Part shown: positions 12,580 through 24,811 of the stretch, in pieces
How the letters are laid out: each line of letters opens with the position of its first letter
How positions within the stretch are numbered: position 1 is the first letter of the stretch
Source of the DNA: Hormiphora californensis
Taxonomy: Eukaryota; Animalia; Ctenophora
DNA length: 64,000 nt
Direction of reading: 5' to 3'
Assembly: GCA_020137815.1 (NCBI GenBank)
Contig: CM035354.1
Location: 1,178,001-1,242,000, forward strand
The notes under the pieces: model-generated
The model's input: only the letters and a program-made list of their open reading frames with translations
Told to the model about the DNA's origin: nothing
Database searches by the model: none
Made by a program: the position numbers and the translations under genes

Positions 12580-13889
12580 ATGTATGATACAAATGAAGAA
12601 CTATCAGGCCTCGATTTTCTGAGTGGAAGTGTGGATGTCAATCGAGAGGGAGAACCATCACTTCAAGGTTTAAATGATGATGTCATTCTGCAAATATTCC
12701 AATACCTAAATCCCCCTGGAGGTTAAAAGGTGTGGTGTAGTCTGCAAACGATGGTTTGACATATCGAGGTTGCCAACCTTTTCTGTTAAATGTCTTTCTT
12801 TCTTTGAAAATGGAATTCTTGCAAATCGTCCCCACATGGGGCTTGAAATTCCCCAAAATCCACACAAATCAGTACTAAAAGGACAACATCTTTTCACCGG
12901 CCTAAGATTTGATAGATTTGCTCATCTGACGAGTCTATGGATTAACAACGTGGCCATCTCTACAAAGTTTGCATTTGACTTTTCCAGGAACTCACCTCCC
13001 GTGCTAGAAATGTTGCACATTCTATCGTGTCCCACCCTCACCGAGAGACGGCTCAAGTTAATGCTTTCCAATCTACCACTGCTCCGAGAATTTCTGTGTA
13101 TTCGATGTCCCATTCTGGGGTATTCCATTTCCGATTGCCTCAGATCGAATCCAATGCGAATGCTGTGCCTGAGATCATGCCACTTGGTTAAAGGTTCAAC
13201 ATATGCTAAGTTACTGTCAAATTTTCAGTCGAGTCTTGTTGGGTTCAGTATCGACTCTCCGTTACCTGAAACACCTGGAATTTTGCCAGCGATTCTCCCG
13301 ACCTTGGAGGGGCTCAGTGTCCGAGGGTGCGGAGTTTGTTATGACTGTGATTTAGAGGATTTGATTCGGATGCTGGTGCTAGTTCCCTGCCTTAGACGGC
13401 TCATCTACGAGAAAGCTAGTTTTCTCATGGATCAGTTTCTCTCGACCGTTCTCCAGTACTGTCCTCACATTATCTCCCTTATTTTCTTGGATCCCTGTAT
13501 AAGAATCCCTAGATCTTGGGACTTGATGGCTCAATTCCCAAACATGACAAACCTCATCTTTTTTAATGTTCAATTTGATGGTACAGTAATGGTTGACAAC
13601 TACGACTGGCTGCCCCGTTGTAAATCTCTCAAACGGGTGAGCCTGCTTCGATTGGACATCAATGACAACGAAGTTGCGAATGCTATCAAATCATTGAGCA
13701 GCCTGGAAGATTTTAATCTTGGTGGATGCCTGAATTTGAGTGGGGAATTTGTTATTCAGTGCCAAGGGAATGACTCGAAACTATCCAATGTTGATTGTAA
13801 GATGTGCTCCAGAGATTGTCAGGGAGTATTCTGAGTTTGTGCCTGATTTTATGTCACTCAGAGATGACACCGGTGTGATATTCATGTGA
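12580..13889 (+). CDS. Intronless F-box/LRR protein with two +1 frameshifts (error or pseudogene)
   Basis: F-box LQGLNDDVILQIFQYLN[P]LEVKRCGVVCKRWFDIS restored by deleting one C at 12712-12716; cysteine-containing LRRs; second extra A at 13764-13765 relative to the paralogous copy. Confidence 0.8.
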
Positions 13890-14281
13890 GGGGTGTACTG
13901 CAGTACTGTTATTAATTAATTGTTTTAATTAATTGTATTAACCAGTATAATACCGGTTGCCTGCTTTTGTCATACACTGACTGTACATCGCGCAACCTCG
14001 CATGTACAATTAATTAATAACAATTTTGAAAGTTTATATTCCGTTTTTATTGTTTCATATCTTTGTTTGGAGGGTAATTTATTAAATCGTTAATTGTTTT
14101 TAAGTTGTTTACACAATTCAATAATTTTTTCATACATTTTTAAGATTTTGTTGAGATATCTAATTGTTATTTAAAACTGTTTGAAGATTTACAAAACATT
14201 CTTGTTTCCCTCGCAACAGTGTTTCCCTCCTATTGAATTGAAGTAACACCCGTCCATTTACAGTTTCATGTCAATTATGTG

Positions 14282-14935
14282 CTCGTTGGGTTCAGCATTG
14301 ACTCCCCATTACCTGAAACACCTGGAATTTTGCCCGCGATTCTCCCGACCTTGGAGGGGCTCAGTGTCCGAGGGTGCGGAGTTTGTTATAACTGTGATTT
14401 AGAGGATTTGATTCGAATGCTGGTGCTAGTTCCCCACCTTAGACGGCTCATCTACGAGAAAGCTAGTTTTCTCATGGATCAATTTCTCTCAACCGTTCTC
14501 CAGTACTGTCCTAACATTATCTCCCTTGTTTTCTTGGACCCCTGTATAAGAATCCCTAAATCCTGGGACTTGATGGCAAGGTTCCCAAACCTGACCAATC
14601 TGACATTTTTTAATATTCAATTTGATGGTACAGTAATGGTTGACAACTACGACTGGCTACCCCGTTGTAAATCTCTAAAAAGGGTGAGCCTGCTTGGATT
14701 GGACATCAATGACAACGAAGTTGCGGATGCTATCAAATCATTGAGCAGCCTGGAAGATTTTAATCTTGGTGGATGCCTGAATTTGAGTGGGGAATTTGTT
14801 ATTCAGTGCCAGGGAATGATTCGAAACTATCCAATGTTAATTGTGAGATGTGCTCCAGAGATTGTCAGGGAGTATTCTGAGTTTGTGCCTCGGTTTATGT
14901 CACTCAGAGATGATACCGGTGTGATATTCATGTGA
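14282..14935 (+). pseudogene. 5'-truncated tandem copy of the F-box/LRR gene (LRR half only)
   Basis: Near-identical to 13235-13889; duplication includes the 3' UTR to ~15245; no F-box and no native start. Confidence 0.8.
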
Positions 14936-15602
14936 AGGGTGCAGTACTGCTTAACAATTTTGAAAGTTAATTATATTCCGTTTTTTATTGTTTCATATAT
15001 TTGTTTGATGTAAATTTAGTAGGGTAATTTATTAAATCGTAACTGGTTTTTAAGTTGTTTACACAATTCAATCATTGTTTCATACATTTTCAAGATGTTG
15101 TTGAGGTATCTATGTAATTGTTTATTAAAACTGTTTGAAGATTAACATTACAAAACATTCTTGTTTTCCTCGCAAGAGTGTTTCCCTCCTATTGAATTGA
15201 AGTAACACCCTCCCATTTACAGTTTCATGTCAATTATAATGTGCTAGATGGAGATAACAACAGGATGACGAAAATACCGTAGCTGCCTAATTAACAGCAA
15301 GTACAGTTTTGATTTTGAAGTAGTTTGACTTATCAGTTATTATTCTTACTAAGAGAGTACTACCAGTTATACAAATGCAGTAAGACGCCCTTCCCTTCCA
15401 CCGTTTGCTTGATGTAGTCACGAGTCGTTCGTAATAAATCATGAATGTTTAGACCTTTTGGTTTAACCCTTATACTAGTGATTCAGTCTGAATCACTCAG
15501 ATGCCGCTTTAATTTCCAGATCTCATTTTATTTGTGTATAGCCTGATTTTAAATAACTGTTGTTTTTTTAGAGTTTTCAAATTTCTTAAAATGACCATAA
15601 GT

Positions 15603-15704
15603 CCGGTTCCCGATGAGATAGAGACTTGAAATTTGGAGTTTACGAAGATCTTGCTAAGTTCTTCCGAACCTCCAAATATCAAGTCTCTATCTTATCAGGA
15701 ACCG
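15603..15704. repeat. About 100-bp imperfect palindrome (MITE core)
   Basis: ccggttcccgatgagatagagacttga...tcaagtctctatcttatcaggaaccgg. Confidence 0.7.
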
Positions 15705-16120
15705 GAGATATGAAAAATTATTTTTGAGAAACGACAGTTATTTAAAATCCGACTATATCCTCTCCTGCAATTAAATGTCCACTTCAATATTGAATGTGTT
15801 CGGAGTGCGACAGTGGTTCGGGATTTCTGAATCTGCCGAGTTGCAACTTGTACCACGATGCAGTAACGCGCGGGTATTATTTTACAGTGAAAATGCTCCC
15901 CGCGCACACGACTCCCACGCCATGCACAGATGCAGCGAGAGAGACTGTCTGGCGGGCGGCGGCGCCTACCCTGTCTGTGTGTCGAGAATCAAAACGGGGT
16001 CTGGCCAGACAGGACTCAGAGAGGGAGAGAATTGTAGAGCATCTTCTCATTTGACATTTATGAGATAAAGTGGGCCAATTAACGTATTGTAACATATCAT
16101 CATCCCCAATATACAGTAGA

Positions 16121-16772
16121 ATGACAGATGCAGGTACCAGGTCAACTGATAATGATGCCAGTCACTGCAAAAGATGGTGCGTGGAGAGGGGGTACTATCA
16201 AGATGAATTTATACACCTCTTCGTTCCCTCAACTACCCCTAAAACTCCCGAAATGAGTCGAGGATACTATGCAAGGTACCACCTCATTCTCAACTGCCAG
16301 ACTAATATAATGCTCTGAGATGTTCTCAACTACTTGTTTCCAAAACATTTCTTATCAATATCATTTTGTAGCCGACAATCGACATTTTATGCAAATCCTC
16401 CTATCCAGGGTGCAAGCGTTTAGAAGTAGAGTAGAGGAATTCTGTAGGGAGAATAGTGATGGACAAGTAATCAGCCTGGGGGCTGGATCTGATACGCTCT
16501 ATTGGCATCTCCTGCAACAAGGCTTATCTCCAACTTATCTGGAACTGGATTTCCCTGAGGTATGTCTTATCTGAGAAATTGTCTTGTTGCAGCTTGGTGT
16601 GTTTATGTCGGCGAGAGGAGGGGGGAGCATGGAATTTTCGTTTTGTTAGGATTATAGGCTGTGTACTTTTGACATACCTTTCCTTCCCTTTTACCCCCCC
16701 CCCCCCCCCACTTATTACCTATAAATTATAACATACTATGAAGCCCTTGGTGCATCCTGGAACCATATATCT

Positions 16773-16821
<49 letters not shown>

Positions 16822-18291
16822 AACGAATTTTTTATATATTTCCTTAATTTTGGAATTTTTTATATATATATAAAAATATATAAAAATATATAAAAATATA
16901 TAAAGTTATATAAATAATATATAAAAATATATAAAAATATATGAAATAAACCCTTTTTTCACCCCTTTTACTTTCAAAAAAGGGGATTATTTCCATCTAT
17001 TGTTCACTTGAATATGTTTCATAGAGTTAATTTAAGTGTTTGAGAGGGTGATAGCTGTTTTACATAATTGAGAATGTGTTCAAAAGTGAATTATGCACTG
17101 TCAAAAGTAGAACTGGTGAAGAGAGGTTCCGGCCTAATAATATCTACCAGTTTTGGTGTGATTTCAATCATTTTTTGTATGTTGATCCGTGCAGATGTAC
17201 TAGAACTGGTGAAGAGAGGTTGGGATCGCGAAACTAAAAAACAAATCATTTTTGACGTCATTTTGACGTCATGACGTTATTGACGAGACGTCACGATGTT
17301 ACAAACGTCACATTGATGACGGAAAATCATCAGGATTATCTAGATGAAGATGCTGACCAAGTTTGAGATCAATTGAATGATATTTGATCCCGCTATGGCG
17401 AAAAACAGCTTTCTGTTTTCACACTTTCGGCACAATTTTTTATATATTTTTATATATTTTTTATATATTTTTATATATTTTTATATAATCATATGTATTT
17501 TTATATATTTTATATATTTTATATATATATAAAAAATTATGTTCAAAAAAAAGGTATATAAAATATATAAAAATATATAAAAAATGAGCGTTGCCCCCCC
17601 CCCCCCCCATCTTACCACACAGATGACGATGAAAAAGGGGAAGGTGATCAGAAGAAAGGCAATTCTGAAGAATCCCCTGGGGGAGGGAGAATTTGGACCG
17701 GGCACTATCCACACTAAATCTTATCATCTAATCGGCATGGACCTCAGAGGTATACTATCCCTCCCCCCTCATTTTTACAACTTTCTCCACATGCACCCTG
17801 CCTGGAGCCAAGGCCTTACATATCCCACCTCTTATGTTCACACCCTTCCTCCCTCGGGTGCAAACAACCACCTCCCAACCAGGAACCGACCGAACCAGTA
17901 AATACTGGTCCTTGATTGGCTGATAACCAGTCACGTGACCTAAATAACAAGTTCTGATTGGCTTGTTTACTTGTGTCGGTCTGTTCCTGCTCCCAACCAC
18001 AAGGCACAAATTTACCACCCACGCTAAATGTAATGTAACATTATCCCACAGACACAAGGAAGCTAGATCAGCTAAAGACTTACCTCAACACATCTAAACC
18101 AACTCTGGTGCTGGCTGAATGTGTTTTGTGTTATGTTCCACCCTCTTCTACTGATCAGTTGTTGGCTTGGTTGAGTGGGACCTTCCCAAACCTCGCTTTT
18201 CTTAACTACGAGCCCTGTAACATGGGCGATAGGTAGGTACTACCCTCTATCTCTCTCTCTCTGTCTCTCTCTCTGTCTCTCTCTCTGTCTC

Positions 18292-18349
<58 letters not shown>

Positions 18350-19253
18350 CCTCCTTGGTGACGCAGTCACCCCTACTCGAACAGCTGCGTGAAGCGATGC
18401 AATCGAAGCCCGCGATTGTATCACCGATCAGCAATTTAATTTGTCCCTCTCTCTTCATCTAGCTCCTCCTCCCCCTCCCTCCCTCTCTTTTCTCTCGCTC
18501 TCCCTCTCTCTTCATCTCCCCTCCCCCTCTCTCTTTTCTCTCGCTCTCCCTCTAGGTTCGGCAGCATCATGATTGAGAATATGAGAGCTAGGGACTGTGA
18601 GTTGCCAGGTATTCTCGCATGTCCGACCCTTACCGAACAAGAACAACGGTTCCTCAAGGCTGGTTTTACAGCTGCAAAGGTACTTCTAACATGTTTAACA
18701 TAGTTTTAAACATGTTTTACATAGTTTGACTTCTAACTAAACATGTTTCGCATGGTTTTAACATACTTGTACCCTCGTTTAGGTCTGATTATCTGTCTCT
18801 TTAGAACATAGTGATGGTCTTTTAGGATCACCCTTCGTCACCAAATTTCACCATGGCAACCCCCATGTATCACCCTGACAACCCCCACATCACCATGGCA
18901 ACCCCCACATCACCATGACAACCCCCACATCACCATGGCAACCCCCACATCACCCTGACAACCCCCACATCACCATGGCAACCCTCACATCACCATGGCA
19001 ACCCCCACATCACCATGACAACCCCCACATCACCATGGCAACCCCTACATCACCATGGCAACCCACACATCACCATGGCAACCCCCGCATTTGACTACAG
19101 GCGGTAGACATGAATGTGGTGTATCAGAGTCTACCTGATAGAGAGCGGATAGAACGAATTGAGATGTTTGATGAAGTGGAGCTCCTAACACAACTCCTTC
19201 ACCATTATTGCCTAGCAACCGCTGCCCAGGGAACCCTCACCAAGGTACAATAA
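16121..19253 (+). CDS. LCMT1: Leucine carboxyl methyltransferase 1 (PP2A methyltransferase), 6 exons
   Basis: Exons 16121-16275, 16409-16559, 17623-17749, 18052-18232, 18556-18679, 19101-19253; motifs [54 protein letters not shown]. Confidence 0.92.
16777..17608. mobile_element. Poly-G-capped TIR element, family 1 (TATATAAAAA arrays)
   Basis: G42...C15 termini; TSD ATCTTACC at 16769-16776 and 17609-17616; in LCMT1 intron 2. Confidence 0.85.
17880..17989. mobile_element. 110-bp CAGGAACCGACC MITE with GTCACGTGAC core
   Basis: TIR caggaaccgaccga/tcggtctgttcctg; 8-bp TSD CTCCCAAC; further copies ~38992-39067 and 62447-62555. Confidence 0.85.
18250..18346. repeat. (CT)n microsatellite
   Basis: Dinucleotide run in LCMT1 intron. 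Confidence 0.95.
18850..19090. repeat. 20-bp minisatellite CACCATGGCAACCCCCACAT
   Basis: About 12 tandem copies directly upstream of the LCMT1 last exon. Confidence 0.95.
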
Positions 19254-19353
19254 AATATTAGACACATGTTCAGGTTTTAAACTCTCTCAGAATATTACAA
19301 CATAACAAGTTACACTCTCCTCCCTCTCTCAGATGGCGGACTGAATGGTGTTA

Positions 19354-20035
19354 TTAGGCGCTCACATCCCGGTGGATCGGCTCCTCGAAGGTGGTAACCT
19401 CTCCCCTCACACTATCATCAGCACTGTTATAACAGTAACAGGAGCCAAACCCGAGCCAGCTACAGTCCATGTAATCGTACTTTGAGGTATCACAGCACCC
19501 TCCAGAGATGATAGCATCCCAGGGGTTACACATCATGGCCGTGCCCTCTGGACAACATCCAACATACTCAAAGGACGCGCTGTGAAGGAGTGGGGTTAGG
19601 GGACATGTACACAAAGGAGGCGCTGTGTGGAGAGTGGGGTTGTTGGCCAGAGGGGTTAGGGGACATAATATGTTGGTTTGAGTTTATACTGATTTTTATT
19701 TTGGCGAAGCGACTCAAACTCAGCCAGGGTAAGGTCAATGAAGGTTAGCGAGAAGAAGACTACGAGTTACATACCTGTTATATACGCTGATATCAAACCC
19801 AGGGCTGTCACAGTAGGCACCGCTGGCACCAAGATTAAACCCAGACTCGGACTTGAGACCCTCTCCGGATACAAGGGATGCCACTACAACCGAGCTGTAT
19901 GGGGAGACATGGGGTTAGTTGGAGAGAGAGACGATTAGTGGGTGGTGCCAGGACCACGATGACAAAGTTGATACGTTGTTGAGTTAGGGTTTACTCAACA
20001 CTTGGTACTACTAACCTCACAAGGATAAGAAACAT
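19354..20035 (-). CDS. 121-aa secreted cysteine-rich orphan protein, 3 exons
   Basis: Exons 20016-20035, 19775-19894, 19354-19579 join in frame: MFLILVSSVVVASLVSG signal, then 9 Cys (C..CC..C..CC..C..CxC). Confidence 0.7.
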
Positions 20036-20629
20036 GTTGTCAAAGAAATGAGGGGAAGTTGTTGGTTACTCAGAGCAAGGGATGGCGAGATGTAATTGTG
20101 TCTTGGGTGTTGTGTCGTGGTGGTGGGTGGTAAACTGTTTACTAGGTCTGTCATAGTGTGACATTGTAACTATCTTCACTGTACCATCTGTTACCCCAAA
20201 TTGGTTTAGTACCTTTACTACCTAGACAAACAGGCCCAGCCCCTCCTCCCCGCCTCTATTGGTGATGAATCCCCCCTCTCTCTATCTTTCTCTATATCTT
20301 TCTCTCTAGTCTCTCTAGTCTCTCTATTCCTATTTCCTCTCTATTCCAGTCGCAGTCAACCTATATAATTGGTGGTGACTAAATAGTCCACTATTTCCAC
20401 TATCCCCCCCCCCTCTTTTCCAAATTCCACCTTCTTCCACATAAGTCATGGAAATGTTGTCAAAAACAGCCCGAACCTAGAAATCATTAGGGGCAAGCTA
20501 ATTTTTGCACAATCCGATAGTCAATAGGCCCCTGAACCACCAAAAAAAAGTCCCAAGCCCAACTCCTGGGGGAAGTGCCCCTAATTGGCCCTAATTGATT
20601 ACAGTGTATTTGTAACCATCAATTAAATC

Positions 20630-21988
20630 GGGGGGGGGGGGGACATGTTAATTGTTAATAAATCACCTCTTTTTTCCAATTTTGTTAATTAACGTTAATT
20701 AACAAAATTAACAAATGTTAAAATATTGATGTTATCGGTTGATAATACGACTTGAACTGGTTTAATTTTATAGTTTAATGACTTATCTAACATTTGTATA
20801 CCCATGCAAGGCCTCCTCCGATAACCAAAGGCCGACATGTAGGTTTTTGGCTCAAAATCGATGAAAATCCAAAAAGTACAAATATTTAAATTTTGCGTAT
20901 AAAATGTCACTTTTATATCATTTTTTCATTGATAATCGATTATTCAGACGAAAGAAAGTGATGTACAACGTTTCTGTTCGATAAAGAAGAAAAAATTTCC
21001 AAAATCACTTTTTTGGACAAAGATTGAAAATTTCCTTCGCTACAAATCCTTGTGTTTTTTTAGAAAAAATTATTTTTGGGATATTTTTCGATTGAAGGTA
21101 AATTCATGAGTCTCATTAAGTTTTTAAAGGTTAGAAAATATAGATTGGGGTCATTTGACCTCAATTGCGGTTTAGTTTGGCTAGTTTTATCAGAATTTGC
21201 AAAATGGAACAAATCGCTGTGGGAAGGCTGTATTAGACGGCTTAGGGGTAAGTAAATCATGTAGAAGGAACAAATTTGCTCGCAGAACAACATGCAGCAA
21301 GTTCTCAATCCAAAAACGTGTGTTAAAAGGGACTTTAGATGGCATATACCTTATTACCGATATATAACGGAACCTTTAATTAACGAAATCAGTAAAAATT
21401 TCGTTAATTTTAGGTATCGTTAATTTAGGGTTCCGCTAAATTAATGTTCCTTTAATTAAAAATTGCTTTTTTAGAGTAGCAAAAAAATAAAACCAAGTCA
21501 TCGAATGTCGACCATAGTCCATATAATACGGGTCTTAAAACAATACTATTCAGTAATTATAGTTTGTAATGAGGCAAGCCCATGTTCTGTCCATTTACAG
21601 TAAAAAGGACCTTAATTTCCAACCCTCCTTGAACCAATGGTGACTGAAATGCATAAGGGTCTTGAACAACTGCCTCAAATTCACAACCGTGCTCAATTGC
21701 AAAGAATATTATTCTTGATATCTCAATCAATAGGAACATAATTACCATTTTAACCCCATTTTAACCCAGTATTTGTGCTTTTTGTCAAAATTTGCTAACC
21801 CAAACCGATTTTCGTTAATTAAAGGTATGTTAATTAAAGGTACGCTAATAGGAGGTTCCATTATATAGCGGTAATAAGGTACGGCATTTGTTAATGTTTG
21901 TTAACTTTTGTTAATTATGTTAATAAATCACCTGTTTTTTCGATGTTAATATTAACAAAGTTAACAAAATTAACATGTCCTCCCCCCC
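20630..21988. mobile_element. Poly-G-capped TIR element, family 2 (TTGTTAA arrays)
   Basis: G13 acatgttaatt / ttaacatgt C-run; TSD ATTAAATC; the empty site is preserved once in the mirror arm of the host foldback (~22918-22941). Confidence 0.9.
21349..21879. mobile_element. TA-flanked Tc1/mariner-type MITE nested in family-2 element
   Basis: TIR ccttattaccgatatataacggaacc / ggttccattatatagcggtaataagg; TA on both sides. Confidence 0.85.
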
Positions 21989-22469
21989 ATTAAATCGTAA
22001 ATCGTCTTAGGAAAGGAGTAGAGGGAAAACCGAGGGCACTAAAATGATCAGCGTCCTCGAATTAGTGGGGGTAGGTGCTAAAATTAAGTCTCTATCTCAT
22101 CTGGTTAATTAGATAATTGGATAATTAGATCTGCACATAGCCGTTTTTTGCCATATGGCTATAGCCACTTAGGAATGGTTTAGAGACTTTTCACTGGTGC
22201 CATTTTGTAGGCAATGGCTAAGTTATGGTGGGTCGTGGTCGGACTTTTAAGCTCTATCTCAAACCGTTTAGCCGTTATTTGGATTCAAAGATCCACAAAG
22301 AGGCTCAAAATCGTACTTTTCACCATTTTTTGCTTATTTTCAGCACCTTTGAATTCAAATAACGGCTAAACGGTTTGAAATAGAGCTTAAAAGTCCGACC
22401 ACGACCCCCCATAACTTAGCCATTGCCTACAAAATGGCACCAGTGAAAAGTCTCTAAACCATTCCCAAG

Positions 22470-22583
22470 CTGTCTGGCGGCGCCAGACCCCAATTTGAGA
22501 ATCAAATTGGGGTCTGGCGCCGCCCCCAATTTGATTCTCAATTTGATTCTCAGTGCGCTCAGATGGGTCGCGGCGCCAGACAG
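22470..22583. mobile_element. CTGTCTGGCG MITE
   Basis: TIR ctgtctggcg/cgccagacag; 8-bp TSD TTCCCAAG. Confidence 0.9.
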
Positions 22584-23130
22584 TTCCCAAGTGGCTATAG
22601 CCATATGGCCAAAAACGGCTATGTGCGGATCTAATTATCCAATTATCTAATTAACCAGATGAGATAGAGACTTAATTTTAGCACCTACCCCCACTAATTC
22701 GAGGACGCTGATCATTTTAGTGCCCTCGGTTTTGTCTCTACTCTTTTCCTAAGTGGCTATAGCCATATAGCCAAAAAACGGCTATGCGCAAACCTAATTA
22801 TCCAATTATCTAATTAACCAGATAAGATAGAAACTTAATTTCAGCACCTACCCCCACTAATGCGAGGACGCTGAACACTTTAGTGCCCTCGGTTTTCCCT
22901 CTACTCCTTTCCTAAGACGATTTACGATTTAATTGATGGTTACAAATACACTGTAATCAATTAGGGCCAATTAGGGGCACTTCCCCCAGGAGTTGGGCTT
23001 GGGACTTTTTTTTGGTGGTTCAGGGGCCTATTGACTATCGTATTGTGCAAAAATTAGCTTGCCCCTAATGATTTCTAGGTTCTAACAAGAATTCCATGAA
23101 TTAACACTCAATATTGTAGTAGGAATAATA

Positions 23131-24811
23131 ATGGTACTACGGTTATCAGAGAGAGTGACCCTGCTACAAGGACCTCCTCTATCAGGGAAAACCTCCCTGC
23201 TATTTGAAACTGCCATCCAGGTAAAAATATCTTGTATCTGTCAATTATCCAATTAATTAGATCACCCAAAGATGTCCGTACTTTTCCTGATTAGTCCAAT
23301 CAGTGGTAGACGGAGGATATCCTGGGTCCATGGTACGAAGAGGGAAAAAGCGTTTCGTATATCAAGTGTTAATTGGGTTCTAAGGGGGCCAGCCAATTGC
23401 GTTAGTTGGGTTCAAAAGGGGGGGGGGGTAGTTGTCCAATCCAGTTCTGTGTAACAGTAGATAAGGATTACAGCACGTTGAAACACTACTTTGTAATTTT
23501 TTAATTGCTGTAAATCACCGTATTCTGATTTCTCCCCGACTAGCTACCCCTCAGGGTCAATATCTCTCGGCTCTCTTTTTTTCTTGTTGCACAATGCACG
23601 TTCACGTGGCTATTTATCTATCCGTGGGACAATCCTCTGTTGGATGCGTCAAGCAATTAGCAAAGATAATAGTTCTCTAATCGGTCCTTTGTTTTTACCA
23701 AACAATCGATCCCTGATGCGGTGCGCTACATCCGACAGAGACTATCTTTCTGTCTCCTCAAAACTCTGATTGTCAGCCTCCGGGGTTACCGTGGGAAGAC
23801 AATTACACCTTATTATTCAAGTAGTATAGATATAAATTTATTGTATGTTTAATTTATTGCCACAGTGTGTTTATATATAATTTGATTGTTATCAGTATAA
23901 TTTTAAACCTCTTTTCCAGAAAAATTTTTACCCCGGTGAGTACTGGCACTGTCCGTCTCACTCACTCACTCAATCACTTTTCTCTCTTCCTTTCTCACAC
24001 ATCACCACTTGTCTCCCTTCCCATTTTTTTAGGAGAGGAGCGGGGAGGTTGTCTGTTTTATCGCACCACGAAAACTTGACAGGATTCCCGCGTGTACAAA
24101 ACTACCAACTGACACAGCATTCCTTACCTTTCATTATCCTGCTAACAGGTAGTAGTAACACTGTGTTAGTGTGTAGTAGCACTGTAGTAACACTTTGTTA
24201 GTTTGTATTTTGTTTGTGACAGCTATACTAGCTAGATTGGTTTGAACAAATCAAGTACTTTTTTTTAGCTAGGTACTAGTTTTCATTTGTATTTTGTACC
24301 AGCTACTATTATATTTAGCTACTCAGTCAACTGTCAATTTTTTTGTGATTTGACATACATTCCAATTTGATTGTTGGTCACAACTCCCAGTTCTTTCAAT
24401 TAATTAATATCCATTTAATTTTCTAAAATTATTCTTGCCCGCAGGGACGAACTAAAGAGATTCATAGTGGTGGAGTTACCCAAGATACGCCCATCTCTTC
24501 TCCTCCTAGATAGTCTCTCCTCTTATTTCACCTCAACGGCAGAACTATATCAACTAATTAAGATATTAGACCACACCCTCCATTACACCCCCTCAATTCA
24601 CAGAGTTGTCATGGCAACATCCACCACCTCTCTCTCCTCTGTCCCTGAGTCACTGTTGTGCGAGCTGATACCGGGTCATGTGACAATAGCCTCTCACATA
24701 TCTGCTCCTGCCGATACTATCTATACAGCTCAGACAGCCGATACTGTCTATACAGTCCAGGGTAGACAGTTCACCATTACTGAAGATCAGTTGAAATTGC
24801 TCCCGTGCTAG
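23131..24811 (+). CDS. SWSAP1: SWSAP1-like RecA/RadA-fold ATPase (Shu complex subunit), multi-exon
   Basis: Walker A LLQGPPLSGKTSLLFETA in exon 23131-23220; VLFL strand; Walker-B-like PSLLLLDSLSSYF in exon 24445-24811; middle exons uncertain. Confidence 0.65.

Larger units (their letters stand above)
20442..23103. mobile_element. Large foldback element (long inverted arms) carrying nested insertions
   Basis: Left arm 20473-20629 + 21989-22290 mirrors right arm 22348-23082; right arm also contains a ~160-bp internal duplication. Confidence 0.85.

Noticed and set aside
18850-19090. Regular 20-bp and ~39-bp (27585-27890) repeats as CRISPR-like arrays
   Set aside because: Head-to-tail units with no unique spacers, no cas genes, eukaryotic context
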